From the IMG/VR virus record IMGVR_UViG_3300008108_000135: a stretch of 64,000 nucleotides of DNA. The stretch is one strand, 5' to 3'. Within the stretch, counting starts at the first letter, position 1. Every line of letters begins with the position of its first letter. This document shows, one piece after another, positions 48,027 to 58,349 of the stretch. The stretch comes from an uncultured virus (IMG/VR IMGVR_UViG_3300008108_000135) (lineage: Duplodnaviria; Heunggongvirae; Uroviricota; Caudoviricetes). The translations under genes and the position numbers were made by a program. Under the pieces are notes generated by a model. That model was not told where the DNA came from, did not search any database, and saw nothing but the letters and a program-made list of their open reading frames with translations.

Positions 48027-48350
48027 TTAGTAGTTTATAAATGATGATTGAGCAATTAAACTATTAAAATTGACCCTGGTTTTTATATAATCATTTGGGT
48101 ATATCATCTTTATAAGTAAAAAAATAGTGTTACCTATATCCGTTAGTAAGTTTGGTATGAATTTCATATTTTCATCAAATTGGACATCAAAAACCAAAAT
48201 ATCCTCATACTCCGTCCCATGTGTGGTGACCCATGGTCTTAAGATAACCCCAGGACGATGTTCACACGTCACATTTACATTTTTAATTTGCGGAAACTTT
48301 GGTATAACCAACTTATTAATCTTAATATATATGTCTGAAATCCCATCCAT
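48027..48350 (-). CDS. hypothetical protein
   Basis: ORF track; start at MDGIS. Confidence 0.6.
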   Translation of the reverse strand: MDGISDIYIKINKLVIPKFPQIKNVNVTCEHRPGVILRPWVTTHGTEYEDILVFDVQFDENMKFIPNLLTDIGNTIFLLIKMIYPNDYIKTRVNFNSLIAQSSFINY

Positions 48351-48380
48351 ACATAAGATTAACAAAAAACCCCTTTGTTA

Positions 48381-48659
48381 TCAAGGGGTTTCTTTAGGTT
48401 TTTTACAAATAGGTGTCCCTTTATCATCATTAAAAATAATAAACTCACCTTTTTCTTCACCTTTAATTAATTTACCATCAGATTTAAATCCTGAACATCT
48501 TTTTAACCCATCAAGGTCTATTTTTTGTGGAATTGTGGTTGTTTGTGTTGTGGTGTCACCTGTAGTACCACCACTAGTTGGTGTTGTTTGTTCACTTATC
48601 ACAACACCCTTCTTATACCCAAACAAATATTTTATTTTATCTAATTCTTCGTTAATCAT
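48381..48659 (-). CDS. hypothetical protein, INEE/ISEQ leader
   Basis: MINEELDKIKYLFGY..VISEQ. Confidence 0.7.
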   Translation of the reverse strand: MINEELDKIKYLFGYKKGVVISEQTTPTSGGTTGDTTTQTTTIPQKIDLDGLKRCSGFKSDGKLIKGEEKGEFIIFNDDKGTPICKKPKETP

Positions 48660-48667
48660 ACTTATAA

Positions 48668-49159
48668 TTATCTTCTTAATTCGGGAATTACCTCGTCTTG
48701 AAAGAAAACCCCAATCTCATGTTCTAACCCTTTTGTCTCATCATTGAAACTGTAGTCATTTAGTTCGTCACTTACGTTATAGAAATCATACCCTGTCAAA
48801 AACCCTCTCTTATCCGTTATAATAACCCCCAAATACTCCTCACCTTCAAATTGAATCTCCCCGAAGTATTGAATCTCATTTTCATTTTTTAATTCTTCCG
48901 AAAAAGTAAATTTAATCATGGGTAAATTAGGAAAGCTTGATTCAAACACTCGTCCTTCTCTTTCATCATATTCAGGTTCAGGACATTTAAATTCATCAGG
49001 ATTACCACCGTTTCTCATATGTTCAGAGTAAGCGTCCAAACATTTCTTTTCATCAATGAATAACTTTTCTTTTCTAGAAATTTTATCTAATATAGCGTCA
49101 ATTACTTCATTATTCTCCATTAATCTCAAATATTGTGTTTCAGATATTATTATTTTCAT
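48668..49159 (-). CDS. hypothetical protein, IISE leader family
   Basis: MKIIISETQ; TATTTAT upstream. Confidence 0.75.
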   Translation of the reverse strand: MKIIISETQYLRLMENNEVIDAILDKISRKEKLFIDEKKCLDAYSEHMRNGGNPDEFKCPEPEYDEREGRVFESSFPNLPMIKFTFSEELKNENEIQYFGEIQFEGEEYLGVIITDKRGFLTGYDFYNVSDELNDYSFNDETKGLEHEIGVFFQDEVIPELRR

Positions 49160-49160
49160 A

Positions 49161-49544
49161 TTAATAAATAGCGATATTTGCTGAATAAACTCTTTTAACT
49201 TCATAATCAGGAAAGAATTTTTTAAAGGATTCATAGATTAAAAATTTTCCATGAACATACCAAATTGGATGTGGTAATATTTTCTCAAATAATTCAGATA
49301 TGGACCTATCATAGTACAAAATTTTAGATTCAGGATGATAACTGATTAAAGCCTCACCATCCTTACCACCAAAAAGTAATATTTTACCTTCTTTTGTTTT
49401 TCCGTAAGATTTAAACAATTTCATAACCTTTGGGACTAATCTGTCTTTAACCCTGTCAAATTGTTCTTCATCTTCAACTTCATCCCAAGTCCTTTCCAAC
49501 TCACAGATTTGTTTATATTGATTCTCACTGATTATAAGTTTCAT
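49161..49544 (-). CDS. hypothetical protein, IISE leader family
   Basis: MKLIISENQ; ATATTTAT upstream. Confidence 0.75.
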   Translation of the reverse strand: MKLIISENQYKQICELERTWDEVEDEEQFDRVKDRLVPKVMKLFKSYGKTKEGKILLFGGKDGEALISYHPESKILYYDRSISELFEKILPHPIWYVHGKFLIYESFKKFFPDYEVKRVYSANIAIY

Positions 49545-49594
49545 ATCAATAAATATTCGTGAAATAAAAAACCCCCGAATTCGGGGGTTTTAAC

Positions 49595-49780
49595 CTAACT
49601 TAATAAACGATTTATCTCGTTCATTACCTTCAATTGTCTTTGTTGTAATTCTTTTATCTTGTTTAACTGTTGTTGATTCAAGTCAATAGATTCTCCTTTA
49701 ATTGAAGCGATTTGATTTTGCAACCTCGTATGTTCATTTAGAAGTTGTCCGTAATATGCGGCTTTTTGGTCATTATTCAT
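49595..49780 (-). CDS. small coiled-coil protein
   Basis: ORF followed by terminator 49566-49591. Confidence 0.65.
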   Translation of the reverse strand: MNNDQKAAYYGQLLNEHTRLQNQIASIKGESIDLNQQQLNKIKELQQRQLKVMNEINRLLS

Positions 49781-49807
49781 ATTATAATAATAATATAAGT
49801 TTATTTT

Positions 49808-50056
49808 TTATAAACCATAAATAACCACTTTATCACCTAAAAGGGACTTTGCAACATCAACCGCCTCATCTTTGGTTTTATATCCTTTCTCAACCAATTT
49901 CTTAGCGTGGTATACATTATATACCGTAGATGCGACATCTGGTTTGGTAAATTTAAACTTAGATTCTTTTTTAGGTTTAAATGAATCCTTAGCGTAGATA
50001 TCATAGAATCCTACTTTGCAAATGTAACGTCCTTTTTGTCCTGATTTTGTTGCCAT
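49808..50056 (-). CDS. hypothetical protein
   Basis: TATATTTG promoter 50093-50100. Confidence 0.7.
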   Translation of the reverse strand: MATKSGQKGRYICKVGFYDIYAKDSFKPKKESKFKFTKPDVASTVYNVYHAKKLVEKGYKTKDEAVDVAKSLLGDKVVIYGL

Positions 50057-50113
50057 AACTTACTTTTATTTTTTAGATGATTAATAATGATACAAATATA
50101 ATTAATTTTTTTA

Positions 50114-50503
50114 TTATTCCAAACTTCCCCAAGTTTTTTCAAATCTATTTTTATATGGGTCTTTAATTCTTGACACTATCCCATAATTCTCAATACGAAT
50201 TTGGTCGGGTGTGACTATAACTCTATCTCTATTATTAATGAATGTGTACACCAATATATAACCGCCTATATTAGGTGCAAAGTGTCTAAGAGTAAATGCG
50301 AAATCATCTTCACTATATGTGTTATTAGTCCCATCAAATTCAAATTCAGGTACAAAACTATGTTGTCCGTAGAATGCCCTCTTTATATTGGTTAGTTTAA
50401 TGTTATACAGATATTTTAAACTTAGTTCTGGTTCAATTACGTATTCTACACCCTTAAAAAAGGTTTCAAAAATTCTTTGTATTAAAACTTCGTGAGGTAT
50501 CAT
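50114..50503 (-). CDS. hypothetical protein
   Basis: ORF track. Confidence 0.6.
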   Translation of the reverse strand: MIPHEVLIQRIFETFFKGVEYVIEPELSLKYLYNIKLTNIKRAFYGQHSFVPEFEFDGTNNTYSEDDFAFTLRHFAPNIGGYILVYTFINNRDRVIVTPDQIRIENYGIVSRIKDPYKNRFEKTWGSLE

Positions 50504-50732
50504 AATCAAATGATAATAAATAAAAAATCCCCAATCAATAGATTGGGGTCAAGATTAAAAAATTACCCACCCTACGGGGTGAAGTAACTTTAATTATTTA
50601 TAATAATTTCTTCTATCTCTTATTACGGTAATAACTAAGAAAGAACCCGATAAAATTAAAAACAATGGTATCATATCAATAGGTATAATAAAATAACTAA
50701 AAGGATGTTATGTAATCTTTAAGAAATTGTTA

Positions 50733-51041
50733 TTAATTTTTTCTTGGTAATAACACTCCATCAATTTCCATATTATATTTTTTGGTAAACCATTTCTCTA
50801 TTACCTTATCAAACATATAATTACTAATAGGCATCATTCGTTGGATGGAGTCTCGGTCTTTTTTACGATACTGCAGGTAATTTTTACCATAATGTTCTCT
50901 AACTTGTAATCTGATATTATCCTGACTGTAATAATTCATATATCTATCAAGATTACTGTCACTAATACGGTCAATATCTGAATATACAGTATCAAACACT
51001 GAATCAACGGCCTTGATTAGATGTTCTTTATTAATTTTCAT
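50733..51041 (-). CDS. hypothetical protein
   Basis: C-terminal IEKWF..Y motif shared with 58350, 62223, 63559. Confidence 0.65.
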   Translation of the reverse strand: MKINKEHLIKAVDSVFDTVYSDIDRISDSNLDRYMNYYSQDNIRLQVREHYGKNYLQYRKKDRDSIQRMMPISNYMFDKVIEKWFTKKYNMEIDGVLLPRKN

Positions 51042-51399
51042 TATCTAAAAATTTTTTAATGGACTTTTTAACTTTAACCTCAAGTTTATCCAAATATTCA
51101 TTCCATAAGTTTTCGGCCTTTTTTGGTTCCTCGTCCATATCAACACCCACTAACATAAAGAAACTTTTTAAATTATATCTAGCGGGTGAGGTGAAAGTAA
51201 ACTCGTTAGGGTTATTAAACGCTAAATTATAAAAATTATCGGTATATGGGAATTTCATATGGGCAGCATAACTATATTTATTATAATCATATTTCATAAA
51301 ACCAAAAATTTCAGTATCCCTAACAAGCATATCAATAAACTTATCATATATTTTATATTTCGCCTTATTGTATTGCTCTTCAGTTAAAATCACTTTCAT
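51031..51399 (-). CDS. hypothetical protein, ILTE leader family
   Basis: MKVILTEEQ; ATATTTAT upstream. Confidence 0.75.
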   Translation of the reverse strand: MKVILTEEQYNKAKYKIYDKFIDMLVRDTEIFGFMKYDYNKYSYAAHMKFPYTDNFYNLAFNNPNEFTFTSPARYNLKSFFMLVGVDMDEEPKKAENLWNEYLDKLEVKVKKSIKKFLDNEN

Positions 51400-51475
51400 T
51401 ATTTATAAATATCTTGTATTTGTTTTCAAATATAAGAACTATTTTTATTATATTTGTTTTATAAAACTAATGGAT

Positions 51476-52018
51476 ATGAAAAATGTAATTGTAATATTGG
51501 TAATGGTGTTGGGTCTGAATGTTTTTGGTCAAAACAGTTTGCTTGAAATTAATCACTACCCAAATGTATCTACCGATACAATACCATTTGCTGACAGTCT
51601 TCACACTAAGACTTTTTACAATATGGATACATATGTAAAATTGGTCCTCCTTTATATTAACGAGGAAAGAAAATCTCACGGTCTTAATCCATTAGTTATG
51701 GATAAAAAACTAATGGGTATAGCTCAAAAACATAGTGATTATATGGCCAGATGGGCGAACTACAAACACTCAGGATTAAATTATGTTGAGGTAATAAATC
51801 GCATAAATAGTATTGAGGTTTGTTCACATAAAGAAAATGCGGGATGTGCGGTTAAACAATGGATGCACTCTGAAGCGCATAGAAATGCGTTATTGGACCC
51901 TAAACTTAAAACATTTGGTATCGGAGTCCAAGAAAATACGTCAGGAATATATGTTCATGGAGGTGAAAAATATAACGTAGTTAACAACACTTATTTCACC
52001 GTTATCTTTCAATACTAA
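51476..52018 (+). CDS. secreted CAP (SCP-like) domain protein
   Basis: Signal peptide; INEER..GL.PL..A..HS.YM..H; W..S..HR..LL..GIG; TATATTTG upstream. Confidence 0.85.
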   Translation: MKNVIVILVMVLGLNVFGQNSLLEINHYPNVSTDTIPFADSLHTKTFYNMDTYVKLVLLYINEERKSHGLNPLVMDKKLMGIAQKHSDYMARWANYKHSGLNYVEVINRINSIEVCSHKENAGCAVKQWMHSEAHRNALLDPKLKTFGIGVQENTSGIYVHGGEKYNVVNNTYFTVIFQY

Positions 52019-53253
52019 TCTCTCTGAACCCATTTATCTGCAGGTACCCGATTACCATATGTGTGGTCGGGTACTTTTGTCCCTTCAGGTAAACGATTAG
52101 TAGCATTATCGGAACTCGCATATCCACTGATGTTTGCTCCTAACTCAACTAAACGAAAATCCTCAATTTTTTTAGCTTTCATTAAATTATTAATACCATC
52201 AAATAATTGTTTATACGTTTCAGGTTTAATTGAAATCATATTATCCTTAAAAAAATTGTCATCCAATTTATATGAACCCAAGTCAAACCATTCTTCAGTA
52301 GAACCAGATTTAACGGCTCCTGGTACAACACCCTCAACACTTGGCTCCATTCGTTTAATTACAATATCAGTACCATTAGGGTTATTTACCGATAATATTT
52401 TACCTTTTCTACCCGTACCTAAATCACCAAATATGTAATTACCCGCACCACCTGTAGAGCTTGTGAAGTTGTGTTGTCTTGCATTTGGGTTCTTTAATGA
52501 TTCGTCGGTCCTGAAATCATCCGCAGTATAATCGGCGATAAAGTTAGCCATCTCTTTAAATTTATCCACATTATTGGCGTCAAAATGAACTCTACTTTTT
52601 TCTCTAGCGGTGTAACCAAATTTTTCTTGGGTAATCGGAATCATAATCCCATATATCGTTTCAGCTCTATTAGGACCTTCGGCACTTCCACCTCCGACAG
52701 TTTGATTAACAATCTTCGCATTATACTCGGCTGGTATTTTTTCTAAATATTTATTAAATCTGTTTACCCACGTTGTACTACCTTTAGTAGAATCAAGTTT
52801 TTCAGGAGAACCTTTACCTAGTTGTGTTACCAATATGTGTGGAACTCCCCCAATCTCATAAAAATTATAAAGTATTGTATAAGGGTACATCTCTTGTTTT
52901 TCAGGTTCCTTTTTCATTTTACCATAAAAAGTCCCAATAACATATTGGTTCGCATCACCAGCACCTAAAACTTTTGTTTCATTAACTCTAACATTTTGTT
53001 CTTCAATACTCCCTTTAAATTGAGATAAAAGGTAATTTTTTAATGAAATGGCTCTATTAGATGCTAACCATTCATTGCCACCATCAATTCTGATATAACC
53101 TATAGATGGATTATAATTTGCAATGCCTGCGGGTAATGCATCTAACTTAAACGTTAAGTTTGAGAACTTTTTAAAAGCGGGATTTGTTTGCTCTTGCAAA
53201 CCCATCATATTTTTAATACGTCTAATTTCTTCGTTTAATAAATTTTGTTTCAT
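52015..53253 (-). CDS. hypothetical protein, LNEE leader (probable virion protein)
   Basis: MKQNLLNEEIRRIKNMMGLQEQ. Confidence 0.75.
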   Translation of the reverse strand: MKQNLLNEEIRRIKNMMGLQEQTNPAFKKFSNLTFKLDALPAGIANYNPSIGYIRIDGGNEWLASNRAISLKNYLLSQFKGSIEEQNVRVNETKVLGAGDANQYVIGTFYGKMKKEPEKQEMYPYTILYNFYEIGGVPHILVTQLGKGSPEKLDSTKGSTTWVNRFNKYLEKIPAEYNAKIVNQTVGGGSAEGPNRAETIYGIMIPITQEKFGYTAREKSRVHFDANNVDKFKEMANFIADYTADDFRTDESLKNPNARQHNFTSSTGGAGNYIFGDLGTGRKGKILSVNNPNGTDIVIKRMEPSVEGVVPGAVKSGSTEEWFDLGSYKLDDNFFKDNMISIKPETYKQLFDGINNLMKAKKIEDFRLVELGANISGYASSDNATNRLPEGTKVPDHTYGNRVPADKWVQRD

Positions 53254-53256
53254 CGC

Positions 53257-53523
53257 TTAATTTAAATGTTTCATTATATCCGCCTTTTTAGCCAAACACA
53301 TCTTTTTATCACCCAAAGAAGATGATTTTATCACCATTAGTTCTTTATCTGATAAAGCATTAATATCAATACTTAAAGGATTCCCACCTTCATATGAGTC
53401 TCTAATTTTTTTAAGGTCAAATAATGAACACTCCTCAAGAGGTAGTTGGTCTTCTTTTATTATAGAGTATTTTTCCAAAATGGATTTTTTCTCATCTTGA
53501 GATATTTCAACTATTCTTTTCAT
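53257..53523 (-). CDS. hypothetical protein
   Basis: ISQDEKKSILE..IIKE leader variant. Confidence 0.65.
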   Translation of the reverse strand: MKRIVEISQDEKKSILEKYSIIKEDQLPLEECSLFDLKKIRDSYEGGNPLSIDINALSDKELMVIKSSSLGDKKMCLAKKADIMKHLN

Positions 53524-53623
53524 AATTCTGAATTAATTTTATGTTATTTTTTATAATATCCAATCTTTTTTTAAGATTTCGTCTATTTTTCTTACCTTTA
53601 CCTTCTTTTCTAGCCTTTGCCAT
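53507..53623 (-). CDS. small basic protein (MAKARKEGKGKKNRR...)
   Basis: Start after ATATTTAT; overlaps next gene. Confidence 0.5.
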   Translation of the reverse strand: MAKARKEGKGKKNRRNLKKRLDIIKNNIKLIQNYEKNS

Positions 53624-53651
53624 AACTATATATTTATTTCTAATAAATATC

Positions 53652-53945
53652 TCAATTATCAATAGTTCCCCAACCAATACTATATATTTTCCTAAAAATA
53701 AACTCATCGTAATTAGATTGGAATACCATGTTGGACAAATCTCTTATATTATCTTCTATTTCGTTTTCTAATTCTAAATCAATTATTTCAATATTATATT
53801 TCCCCGTAACAATCATAATACTATAATAAAACGCCTCATTATCAATATTATCTGAGTTAACTACGATTTTATCAATAAATGGATATTTCTTAATAATAAT
53901 TGTATTAAGTATCTTACTAAGTTGTGGGACTAAATCGTTTTTCAT
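53652..53945 (-). CDS. hypothetical protein
   Basis: ORF track. Confidence 0.6.
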   Translation of the reverse strand: MKNDLVPQLSKILNTIIIKKYPFIDKIVVNSDNIDNEAFYYSIMIVTGKYNIEIIDLELENEIEDNIRDLSNMVFQSNYDEFIFRKIYSIGWGTIDN

Positions 53946-53951
53946 ATAACA

Positions 53952-54515
53952 TTAAAATTCAGTCTCCAAGTCATACCCCATTTTATCGGTATATTTCTCT
54001 TGTAATACTTTATTAACAATTGATATTACTTCATCCCTATAATCCTCAACAAGGTTAAAGAACTCATCGTCATAGTTTGGGTCATCGTCATATAAATCAT
54101 CATAAATACTTCTACCATTCTCAGTAATTGAGTCCAAGTCAATCTCCATTCTCATATGAACATATTGATTTGGAACGCTAACCTCAATTTCCCATAGTGT
54201 TACCAAAAAAGAAATATTATTCCACTCAAATCGTAATTTTCTACCACTATCAGTTTCGTCTGTTAAATATAAACCAGGTCTTACCTCAAATAATGTAAAA
54301 TCAGCTTTTAGGTATTTAAGGGGGTCAACACCATTTTTTTTGTTCCATTCTAATACCCAATGTTGTATTGTTGTGTATTGGTGAAAAAATAATCCAAATA
54401 ATTTGATTTTAGTCATATCGTAATTGGCGTACCCCTGTTTATCCCAAAGTCTAAACAACATATTTTTTTGAGCTTCAATAACCGAATTTTGATTTTCTCT
54501 TATAATTACTTTCAT
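53952..54515 (-). CDS. hypothetical protein, IIRE leader family
   Basis: MKVIIRENQ; resembles the 46983 gene. Confidence 0.75.
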   Translation of the reverse strand: MKVIIRENQNSVIEAQKNMLFRLWDKQGYANYDMTKIKLFGLFFHQYTTIQHWVLEWNKKNGVDPLKYLKADFTLFEVRPGLYLTDETDSGRKLRFEWNNISFLVTLWEIEVSVPNQYVHMRMEIDLDSITENGRSIYDDLYDDDPNYDDEFFNLVEDYRDEVISIVNKVLQEKYTDKMGYDLETEF

Positions 54516-54829
54516 CATTCAACAGGTATTACTGTAGGTTTACCAAATGGTTCTAAGACATGTGTAAAATACTCGTTAACAAATCTCAAATGGTCGGAAT
54601 CAACTCGGTTACCATAAACATCAACAAAAATTAATACTCGGTGTGACATAACTTTAACCATTGTGACTTTGATTCTATCTATTACATTTATATATGATAA
54701 ATACCAATTACCCGAAGACACTTCTTCATCTTTATATCTTTGTTTTAACACATTCCATTCATCATCAATTTTATTTTGATAAAATGAATGTAATTTATTC
54801 TCGGTATTTTCATTAATTATAACTTTCAC
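54515..54829 (-). CDS. hypothetical protein, IINE leader family
   Basis: GTG start, KVIINEN. Confidence 0.7.
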   Translation of the reverse strand: MKVIINENTENKLHSFYQNKIDDEWNVLKQRYKDEEVSSGNWYLSYINVIDRIKVTMVKVMSHRVLIFVDVYGNRVDSDHLRFVNEYFTHVLEPFGKPTVIPVE

Positions 54830-55308
54830 GATAAATAATTATTCACTAACATTTCAAATAGTTTATTTAAGTATTTAGTTTCCAATTTGTTAACACGAAC
54901 ATCATAATCATCAAAATATTCGTCATACATCTGACCATCTTCATCAAATTCCCATACCGTAACATGGGCGAATAAGTTGTCATTATAATTCTCAATAAAA
55001 TCAATATAAGATTCAAATGTGTGGCCATCATCACCATCAAATTCGTCATACAAAATATCGGAATCTACTTCAGATAAATAGATTCTACCCCCGCCACCAT
55101 AAACAGGATGTTGTTCATCAAGTCCAATTATTTCTTTAATTAAATCTATCTTACTTTCTCTTGAATCAAAGTAATCGGGTAAAAGAGTTATGAAATTATC
55201 GTACCCTCCCATGAACTTAATGGTATTTAATAATCCATTATTATCAATCATACCCATTAGTTTATGACTAATACCTTTTTTTTGTTCTTCTGTGACTACT
55301 ATTCTCAT
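54826..55308 (-). CDS. hypothetical protein, VVTE leader family
   Basis: MRIVVTEEQ. Confidence 0.75.
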   Translation of the reverse strand: MRIVVTEEQKKGISHKLMGMIDNNGLLNTIKFMGGYDNFITLLPDYFDSRESKIDLIKEIIGLDEQHPVYGGGGRIYLSEVDSDILYDEFDGDDGHTFESYIDFIENYNDNLFAHVTVWEFDEDGQMYDEYFDDYDVRVNKLETKYLNKLFEMLVNNYLS

Positions 55309-55694
55309 TACCATTGGGGATTTTCATTTTTTAGGTCCACATTGTCTTCTATTATTTTAAGTTTGACACCCCTATCTCTTCCAAATGTAAGTCCCTTAAC
55401 ATAATACTCTAAATGAAACAATAGATTAGATGTGTCAAAAAATTTAATTGAGTCCAAAACTATATTAACATGAATGTTAACCACCATAATATTTGCACCA
55501 GGGTAAGTTTCATCGTAAATATCAACATTAGTAACCTTAATACTATCAACACTTTCAATATCATCTAAAACACGAGGGTCAACCCAATCAGGAACATTAT
55601 CAGGACCATCAATACTAATCAATTCAGACACACACTTATCAATTAATGATTGATATAGATTAACCATTTTATTTTCGGTAATTAATACTTTCAT
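55308..55694 (-). CDS. hypothetical protein, LITE leader family
   Basis: MKVLITENK. Confidence 0.75.
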   Translation of the reverse strand: MKVLITENKMVNLYQSLIDKCVSELISIDGPDNVPDWVDPRVLDDIESVDSIKVTNVDIYDETYPGANIMVVNIHVNIVLDSIKFFDTSNLLFHLEYYVKGLTFGRDRGVKLKIIEDNVDLKNENPQW

Positions 55695-56023
55695 TATGCC
55701 TCAACCCTTTTTAAAACGTATATTCTAACCTCCCATTTACTTCCATATTCTTGCAAACCTAAACCAAACATAGAATCAAGACCAACCTTGATACTCCCTT
55801 TTAACTTCGCAACAACATCATAATTAACCGATTCACCTCCTGTTAAAATATTATGAGGGTCCATTGTAATCTCAATAGTTTTCCTTTGTATTATTTCATC
55901 ATTACGGCTAGCCAGCATAACAGGTTTGGTATTAAAGGAAACGGTAATTACTTCAGGAAATGAAGTTTTAATGAATCGCTCAATTGTCCCTTCTAATCTG
56001 TCTTCAGTTATAAGATATTTCAT
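55694..56023 (-). CDS. hypothetical protein, LITE leader family
   Basis: MKYLITEDR; ATATTTAT at 56029-56036. Confidence 0.75.
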   Translation of the reverse strand: MKYLITEDRLEGTIERFIKTSFPEVITVSFNTKPVMLASRNDEIIQRKTIEITMDPHNILTGGESVNYDVVAKLKGSIKVGLDSMFGLGLQEYGSKWEVRIYVLKRVEA

Positions 56024-56096
56024 ATTACATAAATATAATGAAAATAAAAAACCCACCTGTTTGGGGGGTGGGTAAATTAAATCATTTTATGTTTTT

Positions 56097-56825
56097 TTAG
56101 GGTGTAATAAGTTTTAAACCATCGGTTGGTAATATAAGTCTATGACTACCACTTTGATTGGTGATACCATCAATTGTAGAGGTACCTCCATTAATCGTGA
56201 TTGTTAATTTAGTACCGTCATTTACATATCCTAAAATTGTTTTTTTAAGTTCTTGATATTCGTTAGGATTTATTTTGTGAGTTATTACTTTATCAGTAGA
56301 TGCCGTTCCTGTAGTCACAGGAGTTGCGGGAACATTTTTATTATCCCCTGTTGTAGGGAATTGATGCTGTTCTCTTACTACCCCACCACTTTGGACTTTT
56401 TTAGGTAAAATCCATCCTAATTGTCCTAAACAAACGTTTTTGGGCATATTAACACCAATGTAATTTAAATGACCACAAAATTTTTCAGTTGATGGGACAT
56501 CACTAAAGTCACCTTTAAATAAAGTTGCAATATCTTCACCTTTTGATTTTGCGATAGCATCAATTCTACCATACTCATTTTTGTCTTTAATAGAATATAG
56601 AGCCTTAAAAAACGCATCTTCATTAGTTCCAGCACCTTTAACGGATTGGTATAACAAGTTATATTTTTGTTCGTCGTAATTTTCATTCAGTAACGGTTTA
56701 ACGTTACCCAACTCAGACTCCATTAATGATTTAAAACGTTCAGCATTAATTTTTATTTCCGCACCATATTGTTCAAGAATACCATTCTTTTCTTCATCAC
56801 TTAAACCGTTTAATATATGTTTCAT
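56097..56825 (-). CDS. hypothetical protein with annexin-like repeat
   Basis: LYQSVKGAGTNEDAF...LFKGDFS. Confidence 0.7.
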   Translation of the reverse strand: MKHILNGLSDEEKNGILEQYGAEIKINAERFKSLMESELGNVKPLLNENYDEQKYNLLYQSVKGAGTNEDAFFKALYSIKDKNEYGRIDAIAKSKGEDIATLFKGDFSDVPSTEKFCGHLNYIGVNMPKNVCLGQLGWILPKKVQSGGVVREQHQFPTTGDNKNVPATPVTTGTASTDKVITHKINPNEYQELKKTILGYVNDGTKLTITINGGTSTIDGITNQSGSHRLILPTDGLKLITP

Positions 56826-56903
56826 AATATTTTTTTTATATAAATATCATTTAAAATAAAAAACCCACCTAAAAAGATGGGGTTAACATAATTTGTTTCG
56901 GTA

Positions 56904-57218
56904 TTACATACCTCTTCTTGTTCTTACTTTAAATGGTCTTTGTTTAACTTCTCTATATTTGTCAAACATTTTTTTACCGTGTTCTCCACGACCAAACCAT
57001 TTAGTGTCTTCTCCGTGCTTAGATTCAAAATCTTCAAAGTCCTCAAACTTTTCTTCATCAAAGTCTTCATCACCCATATCATCAAAGCTAGCTCTTCTAT
57101 CTGATTCATCGTACCATTCCTCATCGTCAAATGAACCAAATTTTTTACCTTCATTGATAACTCGTTTAACGATTCTCATCAAATCAGATTCTGTTAATCT
57201 TATAACTCTTTTTGCCAT
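56904..57218 (-). CDS. acidic protein with RLTESDL leader
   Basis: MAKRVIRLTESDLMRIVKRVINE. Confidence 0.8.
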   Translation of the reverse strand: MAKRVIRLTESDLMRIVKRVINEGKKFGSFDDEEWYDESDRRASFDDMGDEDFDEEKFEDFEDFESKHGEDTKWFGRGEHGKKMFDKYREVKQRPFKVRTRRGM

Positions 57219-57287
57219 GTTCTATTTTTTATTTATAAATATTATATAAAAATAAAAAACCCACCTGATGAGGTGGGAATTAATACA

Positions 57288-57512
57288 TCATAAGAAATAT
57301 AACCATTTATCCTCAAAATGAGGGTAATACTTGGTAAAATTACGATGTCTGTCAATCATGTCATTCAAATCAACACATAAAATGAATGACCACAACAAAA
57401 CACCAAGATAATCTACCTCAATCACAGATTTAATGGTAAACTCCAAACTAATACCAAGTAAGATGAGACCCATAACCCCATACACAAAATATAAAATCAA
57501 ACTATTTTTCAT
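57288..57512 (-). CDS. small membrane protein
   Basis: Two TM; TATATTTG at 57517-57524. Confidence 0.6.
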   Translation of the reverse strand: MKNSLILYFVYGVMGLILLGISLEFTIKSVIEVDYLGVLLWSFILCVDLNDMIDRHRNFTKYYPHFEDKWLYFL

Positions 57513-57535
57513 AAGACAAATATATACAAAATATT

Positions 57536-58039
57536 TTAACCAAACAAAGATTTTAATATTTCTTTGTCTTCATCACTCAAAGCATTCCACCATTCATCAT
57601 TATCAATATCAGGTAAACCACCAAAATAAGAGTCATCAGTCATTCCTGATTCCTTACAAATTTTTGTTCCAACACTTTTTAGAATTATATATTCGTCACA
57701 TTTATGTTTGTACGGATTTCTAACATTATTAAACACCACACTATAATTTAAATCAATGTAGTTAGCCGCACTTGTTAGTATTTCTTCAAGATGAGACGGG
57801 ACATCATACCTACCTTCATCCCACATTGTATCATCATAACTTAAATCTTTAATCAAAAAAGGTACCTTATCCCCAATAGCATTTACACGAATAACATAAT
57901 CAGTGGTGTCTCTTGATTTGAAGTGGTGTTCATTTACTTTATCAACCTCAAACTTCAAGTCAAGACCATATCTGTCTTTGATAATCTTACTACCAAGAGT
58001 ATTAAGTATTTTTTCAATTGCCGCGATTGGGTGTTCCAT
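57536..58039 (-). CDS. hypothetical protein
   Basis: ATATTTAT upstream. Confidence 0.7.
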   Translation of the reverse strand: MEHPIAAIEKILNTLGSKIIKDRYGLDLKFEVDKVNEHHFKSRDTTDYVIRVNAIGDKVPFLIKDLSYDDTMWDEGRYDVPSHLEEILTSAANYIDLNYSVVFNNVRNPYKHKCDEYIILKSVGTKICKESGMTDDSYFGGLPDIDNDEWWNALSDEDKEILKSLFG

Positions 58040-58115
58040 ATATGATAAATATATTATAAATAAAAAACCCCACCTGTGAAGATGGGGAGTAATAAAGTTT
58101 TAATGAATAAAATGC

Positions 58116-58328
58116 TTACTTCGGACTTTCTACCGTAAGTTGTGATAATGTTGCGGTAACCCCGCCAACCGCGATTAAATAACCACCCAAAGTAACAAGT
58201 GCCGCTGGTAATGCAACAGGTGCCGCTACCAAAGCCGCTCCAAGAGCTCCCGCAGTTAACCCTACTTTCTGAACTTTTTTCCAAAAGTCAGGGGTCTTAG
58301 CATTCCATCTTTCAAATAAATTTTTCAT
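58116..58328 (-). CDS. small two-TM protein, possible holin
   Basis: RW.AKTP.FWKKVQ then Ala/Gly-rich TM helices. Confidence 0.6.
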   Translation of the reverse strand: MKNLFERWNAKTPDFWKKVQKVGLTAGALGAALVAAPVALPAALVTLGGYLIAVGGVTATLSQLTVESPK

Positions 58329-58349
58329 AGTTGTTTTTATTAATAAATA

